Shown here: piece by piece, positions 44,401 through 54,430 of the stretch | Position numbering within the stretch: the stretch's first letter is position 1 | Layout: each line of letters opens with the position of its first letter | Virus record (IMG/VR): IMGVR_UViG_3300021426_000071 | Location: 65,023 to 129,022 of that record | Length of the DNA: 64,000 bases | Direction: 5' to 3' (one strand) | DNA from: a virus | Lineage: Duplodnaviria; Caudoviricetes | Notes under the pieces: model-generated | Told to the model about the DNA's origin: nothing | The model's database searches: none | Seen by the model: the letters and a program-made list of their open reading frames with translations, nothing else | Position numbers and translations under genes: made by a program

Positions 44401-45198
44401 ATGGGTAAAATTAGTAATCAACCAGATGCGGGAGATCTAGTTCTTACTGATATGGTTCCAATCGTTCATCTGAGCGGGACAGAACCAATCAATCAGAAGA
44501 CAACGATGGGAGCAATCAAGGACTATGTGATTGACGCGTTTGGATCAAGCGGAGCGATTCGATGCCCCTCCCTAAAAATTGGTATGCTCGGAGACAGTGT
44601 GACGATGGGCAGAATCGGCGGCGGGGATGGCGCGGTCACTCCGCTTGGCATTCCGTACTGGGTAAACTATGAACTTAGAGTGCCAGTGACCAATTACGGC
44701 GTTGGCGGCATAGGGTGGATGACGCATAAGATTCTGGAGCAGAACGCATACGAATATATGCAGACAATTGATCTTACAGAATTTGATGTGCTAACTCTGG
44801 ACTATGGACTTAACGATACAGATGTTCCGCTAGGGGACTATCTTGACACGACCGAAGAGACAATCTTCGGTTATGTTTTTAGATGTCTGAATTACATTTA
44901 TTCTGTGAACCCGACCGCAAAGGTGATTATGATTAACCCAACGGTTGGTCAGCGTCCTGATACGTTCCCCTACTATGATCCGACTATTCCACAATCAGAG
45001 GAAACATGGACTTTCAGCCAGTTCTTTGAGCAGATGAACCAGTTCTGCAATAAGTACGCGCTCCCGCTGATTGATTCGTGGAAGGCGTTTAATGCATGGA
45101 ATAGAGTAACATTTCTGCCAGATAAATTACATCCATCTGTTGATGGGTATAAAGTTCTGGGGACATATATTGCGGGACAGATCAGATCAATGATCTGA
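44401..45198 (+). CDS. SGNH/GDSL esterase with an N-terminal attachment module
   Basis: GDSVT (block I), NYGVGG (II), YGLND (III), DKLHP (V). Confidence 0.85.
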   Translation: MGKISNQPDAGDLVLTDMVPIVHLSGTEPINQKTTMGAIKDYVIDAFGSSGAIRCPSLKIGMLGDSVTMGRIGGGDGAVTPLGIPYWVNYELRVPVTNYGVGGIGWMTHKILEQNAYEYMQTIDLTEFDVLTLDYGLNDTDVPLGDYLDTTEETIFGYVFRCLNYIYSVNPTAKVIMINPTVGQRPDTFPYYDPTIPQSEETWTFSQFFEQMNQFCNKYALPLIDSWKAFNAWNRVTFLPDKLHPSVDGYKVLGTYIAGQIRSMI

Positions 45199-45257
45199 TT
45201 TTTTTATGGTCATATGAGAAACCAATAACAATAAAGAGATGAAAGGGATAAAATTTT

Positions 45258-46106
45258 ATGATTATCAAAGCAAGGATTAATGGAGAAAATGGACATATCT
45301 TCAAGCTTTGCAGTTGGGATTCAACGAACTTTGATTCTAATCCTCTGCTGAGAATTCAGTCTAGTGATCTGACTGAAGTCAAGAATGTATTTTCTCATGT
45401 AGAATCCATTGAAATTTATGTGAGTGAAAATCTCGTTGCGGCATATTCGCAGTATGATGCCTACTCCACTATCAGCTATGTGGGAGAGGTATTTGTTCAG
45501 CATGAAAACATCTTTGCGGAATGCATGGAGGTTGGGTTAAAGCGGACTAGCCTTGCGAGTGAAGTCGCGGATCTGAGAAATAAAGTTGAGCCTGTGATTG
45601 ACATTGATGCTATGACTGTTGACGAATATCGCGACTATCTTCTGAAACAGGTGGGCGCAGCTTGCAGACAGGAAATTTATGATGGCACTCAGGTCGAATT
45701 GCCGTCCACTGGGGCAATAGAAAAATATACATATAATGATGACGATCAGAAGAACTTGACGAATGCGATGGCGATCCTGATTATCGCGCCGGAGCTGCCC
45801 ATGATACCGTATCATCCGTCTGGCGGAATGTGTAGAATGATTCCTTCTCTTGATCTTCTGACGATCTACGGTACGCTTCAGGTCAGGCTGACGTATCTGA
45901 CAACCAGATGTAACTTTATGAATATCTGGATTAGATCGATTAAAACAAAAGAAGAGCTTCTGGAGATCAATTGGAATACCGATCTTCCGCAAGAGTATCA
46001 GACTCGCGTGGATGATATTTATTCGCAGTCACTGGCGATCATGAACCAGATTAAACAGCGGTTCCTGCCGCAAGAGGAAGAGACCAATGCTGCCCAAGAG
46101 AGTTAA
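45258..46106 (+). CDS. Tail fibre assembly-like protein (DUF4376-like C-terminus)
   Basis: C-x-x-x-I-x-x-G...Y-x-x-DDQ-x-NL...PYH-x-x-G-x-x-C pattern; located in the fibre module. Confidence 0.55.
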   Translation: MIIKARINGENGHIFKLCSWDSTNFDSNPLLRIQSSDLTEVKNVFSHVESIEIYVSENLVAAYSQYDAYSTISYVGEVFVQHENIFAECMEVGLKRTSLASEVADLRNKVEPVIDIDAMTVDEYRDYLLKQVGAACRQEIYDGTQVELPSTGAIEKYTYNDDDQKNLTNAMAILIIAPELPMIPYHPSGGMCRMIPSLDLLTIYGTLQVRLTYLTTRCNFMNIWIRSIKTKEELLEINWNTDLPQEYQTRVDDIYSQSLAIMNQIKQRFLPQEEETNAAQES

Positions 46107-46530
46107 GGCGGACGCCGCTATATTTGTCATTGGCGGGCTGCTCTACTGCGGAATTGAACTGGCCTACAGAGGAAGGACGGCATTCCCAATGTTTATTCTG
46201 GCGGGATGCTGTGCGCTGATTATGGCATGGCTCAATAACATTTTCAGCTATGACATGCCTTTTAAATGGCAAGTACTTTTGGCGGCATTAGCTTGTGTCT
46301 GCGGTGAATACATTACTGGAATTATTGCTAACAGAGATTTCAAGATTTGGGATTATAGAAATCTGCCCTTCACCTTTGCGGGAGGGCAGTTAAATTTATT
46401 CTTCTGCCTAGTCTGGGTAGCACTTTCCGCAATTGGAATACCCATTATGGACTATGTGGAATGGAAGTATATGGGTGATGAAACAAAACCCTATTACATC
46501 ATTGATGGGAAAAAGATTTATTTTTACTAA
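46087..46530 (+). CDS. Multi-pass membrane protein (putative ABC transporter type IV-like family common in phage tail modules)
   Basis: GG-x-x-Y-x-x-IE-x-x-x-RG, EY-x-x-G, WDY-x-x-LP-x-x-x-x-GQ; about four hydrophobic segments. Confidence 0.65.
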   Translation: MLPKRVKADAAIFVIGGLLYCGIELAYRGRTAFPMFILAGCCALIMAWLNNIFSYDMPFKWQVLLAALACVCGEYITGIIANRDFKIWDYRNLPFTFAGGQLNLFFCLVWVALSAIGIPIMDYVEWKYMGDETKPYYIIDGKKIYFY

Positions 46531-46548
46531 TAAGGAGATAAAAGGAAT

Positions 46549-47031
46549 ATGAGCAAGAAAATTACGAAGACTATTACAAACATGGTGGCACTTAATGAAA
46601 CATCTTGGTATGAGCAGCACAGAGAGGATTCCGCAGTGCTGTCCGCAAAGGCGCGGCTTGCGCTTAAGCGTAATATGAAAGAACTTGATGAACTGGCTAA
46701 GGATTTCTATGAGATGCGGGATGAACTGGATACCAAGATCCGTGAGAAATATTCGGACGATAAGTATTCTACAGAGACTGAGATCGAGGATGAGAACGGA
46801 AATAAGCAGCCCGGTCGTTCAGTTAAAGATGAATATCTGGATGAATATCGGAAGGAGATCCGCGAGATGCAGATTAAGCTTGATGAGGTTCTTAATGACA
46901 CTGTTGAGGTTGATCTGTATGTGATTAGTCTTGATGATGAGGTTGATAGAATTGATGAGAAGGGTCTTGAAATCTCAGATGCAACGATGGATATGATTAG
47001 TCTTTTTGAAGATACAGAGGACGGCGAATAA
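46549..47031 (+). CDS. Hypothetical acidic protein
   Basis: AAGGA RBS; coiled-coil; followed by a terminator. Confidence 0.6.
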   Translation: MSKKITKTITNMVALNETSWYEQHREDSAVLSAKARLALKRNMKELDELAKDFYEMRDELDTKIREKYSDDKYSTETEIEDENGNKQPGRSVKDEYLDEYRKEIREMQIKLDEVLNDTVEVDLYVISLDDEVDRIDEKGLEISDATMDMISLFEDTEDGE

Positions 47032-47048
47032 TGCCGTCCTTTTATTTT
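47018..47048 (+). terminator. Intrinsic terminator
   Basis: AGGACGGC-GAATAAT-GCCGTCCT followed by TTTATTTT. Confidence 0.65.
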
Positions 47049-47067
47049 ATGGAAGGGGTGATGACCT

Positions 47068-50000
47068 ACGGCAATATTAAAGAATTTGGTGGTCAATGGA
47101 TCAGCCAGATGCTTAAACACCCTATATGTTAATGACTTAAATGTAAGCGGTAGTTCGACTTTTGGAGCGTTGACAGCAACAGGTCTGACTGTCTCTGGAA
47201 ATGTGAATGTAACTGGTACAACTACTCTTGGTGTAACCAATGTGTCTGGAACAATGACACTTTCAAAAACAACGGATTTAAGTGGAACTGCGAATAATAG
47301 CCCAGCCCTTATTGTTGGCGGTACAGCTACTACTCCTCATATGGAGTTTGACGCTAATGAGATTCATGCGAAGAAAAATGGTGCTGAAGTTGAATCTATT
47401 TATATAAACAATAATGGCGGCAAGGTTTATTTAGGTAGCGGAACTACTCTTTATGCGGAAAGCGGTACGCTTAATGCAAGTAAAGTCGTAGCCGGAAGTG
47501 GTCGTATTAATAATCTTTTTGTTGAAGATGAGCTAAGAGCTACAAGATATAATATTTCTACTATTGCAGATCTTGGCGGACAGTTTATTGTTGCTCCTAC
47601 ACTTTATTTAGTTGCGTCTGGATCAGTTGGCGATCTTCAAATTGATGATCCTATCACAACAACTGTAGATGTAACAGCTATTGGTTCTGACTCAGAAGGA
47701 TACAATCTACAATTAGATATTACTTCTTCTGCTATTGGTAGTGCTGATACTGACACTACTTTTGCGGGGGCGTCATGGTCTAATGGTAGTACTGTTAAAG
47801 TTTCTGGAAAGATTGGTGGGGTTGTTCTTGGTGCTTGTAATGGTAAACTAACAAGCAATATGAGTAAAACCAATCAGACTTTACATCTTAAAATTAAGTA
47901 TACTGGACAGACAATTAATACTATTAATGCAGGAAGATATAGTACCACTGATGCTAACAATCCTCTACAAGAGTTGAATGTCATGTTAACCGCCGTAAAT
48001 GTTTCAAATAACTTAAATAAGGTCGGCATCTATATGACTTCTTATGATGCCAATAAGAGGTCGCATATCTCACTGTATGGCGGGAACGATGGTAAACCTA
48101 TAGTTAGAATTGGTAATCTACAAGGGTTAGATGCGATTAATGATGTCATTCCTACTGGTTGGGGAATTTATACCAATAATGGATTTTTTAGCGGCGTGAT
48201 TGTTTCTAATTCTGGTAAGATCGGGAATTTTAATTTAACAGACAAGCTTTATACTGGATCTCATTCAACATGGAATCATAATTCTAATGGAATGTATATC
48301 GCAGCTGATGGTATTGCGGGTGGAAATGGCGGAACTTGGTATCTCTGGAATGATGGTACTGGCAAAATTGGTAAATATACGTTTGCATCAAATGGAGCAT
48401 TAACTACTGGGTCTGGAAACACTCAGGCGGGTATGGGCGGTACTTATGCTTTCTGGGCGGGTAGTGCGACTCAGGGATCTGCTCCATTTAGAGTAGCATA
48501 TGATGGCAGCGCGGTATTTGCAAATGCTACACTTGGTGATCCTAATGCTTATCATGTGAGTATTGATAGTGATTCGGTTGATATTTGGAATGGGATAGAA
48601 ACAAATCCTGATAATAGCGTTGCATCTTTTGGCCAGACAACAAGGGTTGGATATACAGGCGATGAGGGAGGCTATATTCAAATATCAGATACTGGGTTTA
48701 AGGTATATGGTCTTTATAAACAGGGGGGTCTCATAATGGGATACCCGACAGATGTTCTAGCAGAATTAAAAGATAGTCGTTTTACTGTTGGAGTAACAAA
48801 CAAAACTGGAAAGACCGCATTATATGAAAATAGAATTTATTCTTATGATAGAAACGGTGTATTGTTTTTTTGTATTGGATCATGTGAAGATATAAATGGA
48901 CTTGTTTGTCAATCAGATAGATTTACAGGCGATGGAAATACTACTGTTTTTCCTTTAACGTATAAACCTTGGAGATGGGAAGGGGAAAATTCTGTCAGTG
49001 TGCTAATAAATGGCGTATTACAAACTTTTGACACTGACTATTATCCTTCTGCGACTACTGATGTCAATAATACAGAATTAAATTTTGTAAATCCGCCTCC
49101 TGATGGGGCATCAATTTTCGTCTCTTATTATGTTGGTAATGCCACTGTTCCCGGATATACTTTTGGTCAAAGAAAAACAGGAGGTTATGGAGGTCTTTAT
49201 AGTACTTGTTTTGGCTATCAAAATGAATGCGCTGGAAAATATTCATTTTGCGTGGGAAGTAATGTTGGTGCCTTTGGCGATTATTCAATAGCCATTGGCG
49301 ACTCAACGATAGCTAGTGGAAAAAGCTCTTTTTCATGTGGGTATCATACACTTGCAAGTAATACTTATTCTTATGCTCAAGGATGCGAAACATCAGCGGC
49401 AGGAATAGCATCACACGCCGAGGGTCAAGAAACATTAGCTAGTGGTAATTTTGCTCATGCTGAAGGTTATAAAACGACAGCTTCGGATGAATATGCTCAT
49501 GCCGAAGGGATATCGACAGTGGCTTCAGGGCCTTATGGCTCTCATGCCGAGGGGCATAGTACCGTTGCAAGTTCATGGTATTCTCATGCTGAAGGTTATG
49601 AATCTAAGGCTAAAGGACATGGCTCACACGCAGAAGGGCATTCTTCAACAGCAAGCGATGAAGGGTCACATGCAGAAGGGTATAATACATTTGCGGAAGG
49701 AACCGCATCACATGCCGAAGGAATGGGTACTCATGCAACAGGGAATGGTTCACATGCAGAGGGATATTATTCTATGGCTATTGGAGAAGGGTCACATGCT
49801 CAAAATTCCAATACTTATGCAACGGCAGATTATTCCACTACAATTGGGAAATTTAATGAGGTGACGTCTACAACAGTCAATGAAGAAACAACTTATGATG
49901 CGGGAAACTATGCTTTAATCATTGGTAACGGAACTTCTGAATTATCGAGATCAAATGCTCTCACTATAGATTGGAATGGATTTATTCGACGTCGATCATT

Positions 50001-50616
50001 AGTTATGTCGAGTGATTCAAATGTAACAGCACCATCTAGTAATACTACTCTTGCGTCTAATTCATATTATGATATTAATGACCATCAAATTGGATATGAT
50101 CAAATTGTATTAAATACAAGTAATAATTTATATCGTTCTTTTGGTGTGACAAGGCAAGTTAATAATGCAACTATTACACATGCTATGTATATGGGCATTG
50201 AAACAAGTGGTGATAGATATGTTAGTTTCTCAGACCCTCAAGCATGGCGAAACGGTCTTGGATTAAAACGTGGTAGTTCTATTACAAGAACGTATACTTC
50301 CAATAATTATGTGAACCAAACAAACTTTAATCGATTAGCTGCATATCAAATAGGCAACCTTGTATATATAACTGGTAACCTTTCATTAAGTGCGGCAATG
50401 CCTAAGAGTTCCGACTGGGTTACAATTGGAAGCTTCCCTATAACGCCAAATGTTACATGGTATGAAAGTGTTGCGGGATGCGGTGCTGGTTCTAATATTC
50501 CCGCATTAGGAGTACAAATTACTACTGGCGGTGTAATTCAAATATATAACTATAGTAATACTTCTGCTCCATTAGGTGCTTGGTACAGATTTACAGCTAT
50601 CATACCTATTGAGTGA
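47068..50616 (+). CDS. Tail fibre/adhesin with YadA-head-like SHAEG repeats; probable ACG start
   Basis: About 9 tandem 14-aa (S/A)HAEG repeats (~49400-49800) ending in IIGNGT...RSNALTIDWNG. The frame opens after TGATGA at CCT ACG GCA ATA TTA AAG AAT TTG GTG. Confidence 0.75.
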   Translation, partial: TAILKNLVVNGSARCLNTLYVNDLNVSGSSTFGALTATGLTVSGNVNVTGTTTLGVTNVSGTMTLSKTTDLSGTANNSPALIVGGTATTPHMEFDANEIHAKKNGAEVESIYINNNGGKVYLGSGTTLYAESGTLNASKVVAGSGRINNLFVEDELRATRYNISTIADLGGQFIVAPTLYLVASGSVGDLQIDDPITTTVDVTAIGSDSEGYNLQLDITSSAIGSADTDTTFAGASWSNGSTVKVSGKIGGVVLGACNGKLTSNMSKTNQTLHLKIKYTGQTINTINAGRYSTTDANNPLQELNVMLTAVNVSNNLNKVGIYMTSYDANKRSHISLYGGNDGKPIVRIGNLQGLDAINDVIPTGWGIYTNNGFFSGVIVSNSGKIGNFNLTDKLYTGSHSTWNHNSNGMYIAADGIAGGNGGTWYLWNDGTGKIGKYTFASNGALTTGSGNTQAGMGGTYAFWAGSATQGSAPFRVAYDGSAVFANATLGDPNAYHVSIDSDSVDIWNGIETNPDNSVASFGQTTRVGYTGDEGGYIQISDTGFKVYGLYKQGGLIMGYPTDVLAELKDSRFTVGVTNKTGKTALYENRIYSYDRNGVLFFCIGSCEDINGLVCQSDRFTGDGNTTVFPLTYKPWRWEGENSVSVLINGVLQTFDTDYYPSATTDVNNTELNFVNPPPDGASIFVSYYVGNATVPGYTFGQRKTGGYGGLYSTCFGYQNECAGKYSFCVGSNVGAFGDYSIAIGDSTIASGKSSFSCGYHTLASNTYSYAQGCETSAAGIASHAEGQETLASGNFAHAEGYKTTASDEYAHAEGISTVASGPYGSHAEGHSTVASSWYSHAEGYESKAKGHGSHAEGHSSTASDEGSHAEGYNTFAEGTASHAEGMGTHATGNGSHAEGYYSMAIGEGSHAQNSNTYATADYSTTIGKFNEVTSTTVNEETTYDAGNYALIIGNGTSELSRSNALTIDWNGFIRRRSLVMSSDSNVTAPSSNTTLASNSYYDINDHQIGYDQIVLNTSNNLYRSFGVTRQVNNATITHAMYMGIETSGDRYVSFSDPQAWRNGLGLKRGSSITRTYTSNNYVNQTNFNRLAAYQIGNLVYITGNLSLSAAMPKSSDWVTIGSFPITPNVTWYESVAGCGAGSNIPALGVQITTGGVIQIYNYSNTSAPLGAWYRFTAIIPIE

Positions 50617-50625
50617 GGAAATCAA

Positions 50626-51228
50626 ATGAATAAGATAAAACGATATATGATTTTAGTTTTAGCCTTATTCTTGCTAGTCTCTGTCCCATCCTCTGCACAG
50701 ACTGCGGAGAGTATTGGAAAGGACTACCCTAGTTTTACAAGGGCTGTCCGCAATAAAAAAATAATTTTATTACGTGTGAGAGTGGGTAAAACCACTCTCA
50801 TTTATGATTCTAAAGTGCCCACGAGAAGGGTCAAAGCGGTTAAGAGGTGGATCAAATTCCTTCCAAGTAATGTTCAGAGGGCATCATCAAAGGTGTATTT
50901 GCTGAGGCACTCCTCCTTTATGAAGACAGGAAGGAAGAAAGATTTGGAAAACGTTCTCGGATATGAAATATTTGAGGACAAAGAGATCTATTTATACTCG
51001 ATGTCTGACTATGAAGAGATGCAATCCACATTGTATCATGAATTTGGCCATGCCTATGATAATCGGACGGGAAAATATCTTAAGTACTCCTCTTCTGCCG
51101 AGTGGCACAAGATTGGCAAGGGTTATGGTAACAGGGCAGAGTATTTCGCCGATTGCTTCGGCGAATACTATTGCTACTTATATACAAAAGAAGCGCGGTT
51201 TATTACTAAAGTTCTCAAATACAAATGA
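50626..51228 (+). CDS. Secreted zinc metalloprotease-like protein (HExxH)
   Basis: Signal peptide (basic, hydrophobic, SSA|Q); LYHEFGHAYD; downstream EYFAD third ligand. Confidence 0.7.
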   Translation: MNKIKRYMILVLALFLLVSVPSSAQTAESIGKDYPSFTRAVRNKKIILLRVRVGKTTLIYDSKVPTRRVKAVKRWIKFLPSNVQRASSKVYLLRHSSFMKTGRKKDLENVLGYEIFEDKEIYLYSMSDYEEMQSTLYHEFGHAYDNRTGKYLKYSSSAEWHKIGKGYGNRAEYFADCFGEYYCYLYTKEARFITKVLKYK

Positions 51229-51242
51229 GGGGGATTAATCAA

Positions 51243-51758
51243 ATGGAGAGTCAATTCTGGGATGTGCTTGCGGCGCATCCATTTTTCGTATTTGTGGTTG
51301 TTGTTGGAGGTGTATTCGCGGCGTCGGCTCTCCTTGGGGCATTCCACAAATTGCATGATTATTTAGGATTCAAAACCAAGGCGGAACTGGAGCGCGAGGA
51401 ATATCTCAGAAAAGAGAAAGAGCGTGATGAGCAAATCAAAACGCTGCTCGCTGAAAGAGAACGGCAAATGCGAGAGATCTGGGATGAAATTAAAGAGATG
51501 CGTCGCGAAAGTAACGAGCAATATCAGAGATTGGAACAGCAACTCGTAAACTCGCTTGAATCAAATATCATGATTATGGGAGATCGGATCTCTCAGAAAT
51601 GTAAATACTATTTGCGGATAGGATATATTCCCGCTGAGGAGATGCCCGAATTCCGCGCTATTTACGACACATATAAAAAGAATGGCGGCAATCATGGAGT
51701 AGACGATCTTTTCGAAAAGACCGTAGCTTCATTGCCGTTACAAGTTGGGGAGGGATAA
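51243..51758 (+). CDS. Membrane-anchored coiled-coil protein of the lysis module (holin-associated)
   Basis: N-terminal TM segment, coiled-coil, and Y-x-x-Y-x-x-x-GGN C-terminal motif. Confidence 0.6.
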   Translation: MESQFWDVLAAHPFFVFVVVVGGVFAASALLGAFHKLHDYLGFKTKAELEREEYLRKEKERDEQIKTLLAERERQMREIWDEIKEMRRESNEQYQRLEQQLVNSLESNIMIMGDRISQKCKYYLRIGYIPAEEMPEFRAIYDTYKKNGGNHGVDDLFEKTVASLPLQVGEG

Positions 51759-51761
51759 TAT

Positions 51762-52355
51762 ATGGCAGTTAATACAGAATCTACCACAATTGCAGATCTG
51801 CCGGAGGCAACTAGTCTTACTGATAACGATCTGCTTGTTCTAGAAGCTGGAGGAACTCAAACTAAAAAGACTCTTCTATCCCGCTTGAAGGCATTTATTT
51901 CAAATGGACTTAATCTTACAGGGACACCGACCGCGCCAACCGCTGCTGTCGGAACAAAGACTACTCAAATTGCCACTACGGCTTTTGTAAATAATGCGCA
52001 CCAATGGATTTATGCAAGAGGTCAAGTAACCGTTACCCAAGCGGAATATTACACGATATGTAGTGTAGAACTTCCGGCAAATTCGAGGTTTCTTGTTATG
52101 AGTTGGGTGAAATCTAATGATTCTAAATCATGTCAGATTTTGAATCAGTTGCGTATTGCGTCTGGGGGAGGAGATGACGGCGGGCCAAGCGTCAGCTGTC
52201 CTGCGCGAACCAGCACGACAAATGGAGCAGCCGCAGTAGCATATGGTATTTACACCGTAGGCAGTGCTGCAATGAGAGTAGAACTAAGGTGCTATGGCTA
52301 CGATACGGCTACGCACACAGAAGACGGAAGAATTGACGCTTTTAGAATTGGATGA
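51762..52355 (+). CDS. Short tail fibre-like protein
   Basis: LTGTPTAPTA...TTQIATTAFV fibre motif; N-terminal IADLP module. Confidence 0.7.
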   Translation: MAVNTESTTIADLPEATSLTDNDLLVLEAGGTQTKKTLLSRLKAFISNGLNLTGTPTAPTAAVGTKTTQIATTAFVNNAHQWIYARGQVTVTQAEYYTICSVELPANSRFLVMSWVKSNDSKSCQILNQLRIASGGGDDGGPSVSCPARTSTTNGAAAVAYGIYTVGSAAMRVELRCYGYDTATHTEDGRIDAFRIG

Positions 52356-52365
52356 GGTGAATATT

Positions 52366-52746
52366 ATGGATGGAATTAAAAATTTTCTTCAGCTGATTAA
52401 CGAAAATTGGACTACGATCTGTGTGATCCTCGGACTGATTATTGGAATCGTCCAGAGGGTGAGGGTGTGGCTCGCCCAGTCTGATGATGAGAAGATTGAG
52501 TATGCCAAGAAGCAGATCTCCGAAACAATGCTTAAATTTATTACCACTGCGGAACTGGATTTCAGCGACTGGAAGCAAGCCGGAGAAATCAAGCGTGCTC
52601 AGGTCATTAAGCAGATCTATGCGGACTATCCGATTCTTGAGAAGGTAGCGGATCAGAGTGTTGTTATCGCATGGATTGACAAGGAAATTGACGAGTCTCT
52701 GAAGACTCTCAGGAAGATTGTTAAGGAGAATCAGAATGCGCAGTGA
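52366..52746 (+). CDS. Holin (putative)
   Basis: GAGGTGA RBS; single N-terminal TM segment; AE...G-x-x-K-R-x-x-V pattern of LL-H-like holins. Confidence 0.6.
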   Translation: MDGIKNFLQLINENWTTICVILGLIIGIVQRVRVWLAQSDDEKIEYAKKQISETMLKFITTAELDFSDWKQAGEIKRAQVIKQIYADYPILEKVADQSVVIAWIDKEIDESLKTLRKIVKENQNAQ

Positions 52747-53101
52747 AGATCGCGCTCTTCGTGATCACAAACGTCGCATGAAAAGGATTGCCGAGAAAAA
52801 TCGCGAGGCTGGATATAAAGCCAAAGAGAAGAAGGCCGCAAGGTATAAGAAGCATATTTCTACTTCTAAGATCGCGCTGTTTGTTATGATGGCAATCTGT
52901 TTTGAGATAATCATATATGCCGAGTGGGCTATGTACCGACTCGGAGACCTTTCAACTCTGGCCGTGCTGGTGGGAATTCCTGCCAGCATGGCTGCTGTTA
53001 TTTGGGCCTATCTCAGCAAAAGTAAGACAGAAAATCAGGTCGGAGGGATCGTATATGAGGCAACCATGCGCGAACTCGATAACGAAGACGCTGTGGGGTG
53101 A
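52736..53101 (+). CDS. Two-TM membrane protein (holin-like)
   Basis: Basic N-terminus, two hydrophobic segments, KSKTEN-x-x-GG; immediately before the endolysin. Confidence 0.55.
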   Translation: MRSEDRALRDHKRRMKRIAEKNREAGYKAKEKKAARYKKHISTSKIALFVMMAICFEIIIYAEWAMYRLGDLSTLAVLVGIPASMAAVIWAYLSKSKTENQVGGIVYEATMRELDNEDAVG

Positions 53102-53106
53102 AAGGA

Positions 53107-54420
53107 ATGGCTTTTAAAAAATATAATTTAACGAACGCACAGCTTAAGGCTATTGCCAATCTATGTGTTCAGGAAAATGGAGAAGAAGGAGTCGCAAACG
53201 AGGCGTCGCTGATGGCGAATCTGTTTGAACTCCAAAGTAAGTATAAGACAATTTATGACTATGTTCGTAAATCGGGCTGGTTTAGTCGGGCGGCTCACTG
53301 GATGGATGCGGGAACGTCTTCCAGTGCGGCAGTCGCAAAGGTGAAGGATGTTCTTGTTAATGCGAACAGAACGCTTCCGCCCTACGTCAATGAACACGAC
53401 GCTACGGGAGATATCCAAAGCGCCAAGAACGGAGAGGTCTCTATCAATAAAAAAGATCCTTCGCAATATAAAAGGGGCGTGACAAGAATTAAGAATGTGT
53501 ATGGCTCGACATATACCTATTACTGCCACGCTTCCAATTCTAAGTACGCCGATCCAATGGGTTATACGGATGATGCATACAAAAAGTATGCCACCGCAAG
53601 TCAAACGACGATTGTGAGTAAATCAAGTACAAAAGTCGATCAGGTGATTGCTGTCGCAGATGGAGAAGTCGGATATCTGGAAAAAAGATCCAACGCCAGT
53701 CTGGATAGTAAAACTGGTAATTCCGGCAGTGGAAATTACACAAAGTATTGGCGCGATATGGACAAGAGTCTGCAAGGACAACCTTGGTGCGACTGCTTTG
53801 TGTCGTGGTGTTTTAAACAGGCTTTCGGCAGTACGGTTGCAAATAAGATGTTGTGTGGCGGGCTGAACTCTTTTTATACACCTGATTCTGCGCAATATTT
53901 TAAGAACAAAGGACAATGGCACTCAAGCCCGAAGGTCGGCGATCAGATCTTTTTCAGAAATAGCGAACGGATTAACCATACTGGTATTGTATACAAGGTG
54001 GACTCCTCGAAAGTTTATACCATTGAGGGCAATACAAGTTCCGGCAGTGCCGTGATCCCCAACGGAGGGGCGGTCTGTAAGAAGTCTTATGATCTGAACA
54101 ATAGCAGAATTGCAGGATACGGAAGACCAGCATATTCTGTCACTACTGCTGTCGATGCTGTCACAACTGCAATTTCCACAAAAAAGAAGACTCCGACTAA
54201 GCTGACTAAGACGGTTGCATGGTATGGATACGTCACGGCTTCGAGTCTTAATGTCAGAGAGTGGGCTGGCACGGAGAACGATCAGGTATCCTTCTCCCCT
54301 CTTCCAGAGGGAACAAAAGTCGGTGTGTGCGCACAAATCAAGGCTGATGATGGCTCGCTGTGGTATTACATTAAGTATGGCGGAAAAACAGGATTCGTCA
54401 GCGCCAAATACATAAAGTAA
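53107..54420 (+). CDS. Endolysin: possible SleB-like N-terminal domain + CHAP + SH3b
   Basis: CHAP motifs QPWCDCFVSW, NHTGIV, IEGNT, GYGRP; C-terminal LNVR...WY...GFVS SH3b. Confidence 0.85.
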   Translation: MAFKKYNLTNAQLKAIANLCVQENGEEGVANEASLMANLFELQSKYKTIYDYVRKSGWFSRAAHWMDAGTSSSAAVAKVKDVLVNANRTLPPYVNEHDATGDIQSAKNGEVSINKKDPSQYKRGVTRIKNVYGSTYTYYCHASNSKYADPMGYTDDAYKKYATASQTTIVSKSSTKVDQVIAVADGEVGYLEKRSNASLDSKTGNSGSGNYTKYWRDMDKSLQGQPWCDCFVSWCFKQAFGSTVANKMLCGGLNSFYTPDSAQYFKNKGQWHSSPKVGDQIFFRNSERINHTGIVYKVDSSKVYTIEGNTSSGSAVIPNGGAVCKKSYDLNNSRIAGYGRPAYSVTTAVDAVTTAISTKKKTPTKLTKTVAWYGYVTASSLNVREWAGTENDQVSFSPLPEGTKVGVCAQIKADDGSLWYYIKYGGKTGFVSAKYIK

Positions 54421-54430
54421 GGGAGGAAAC

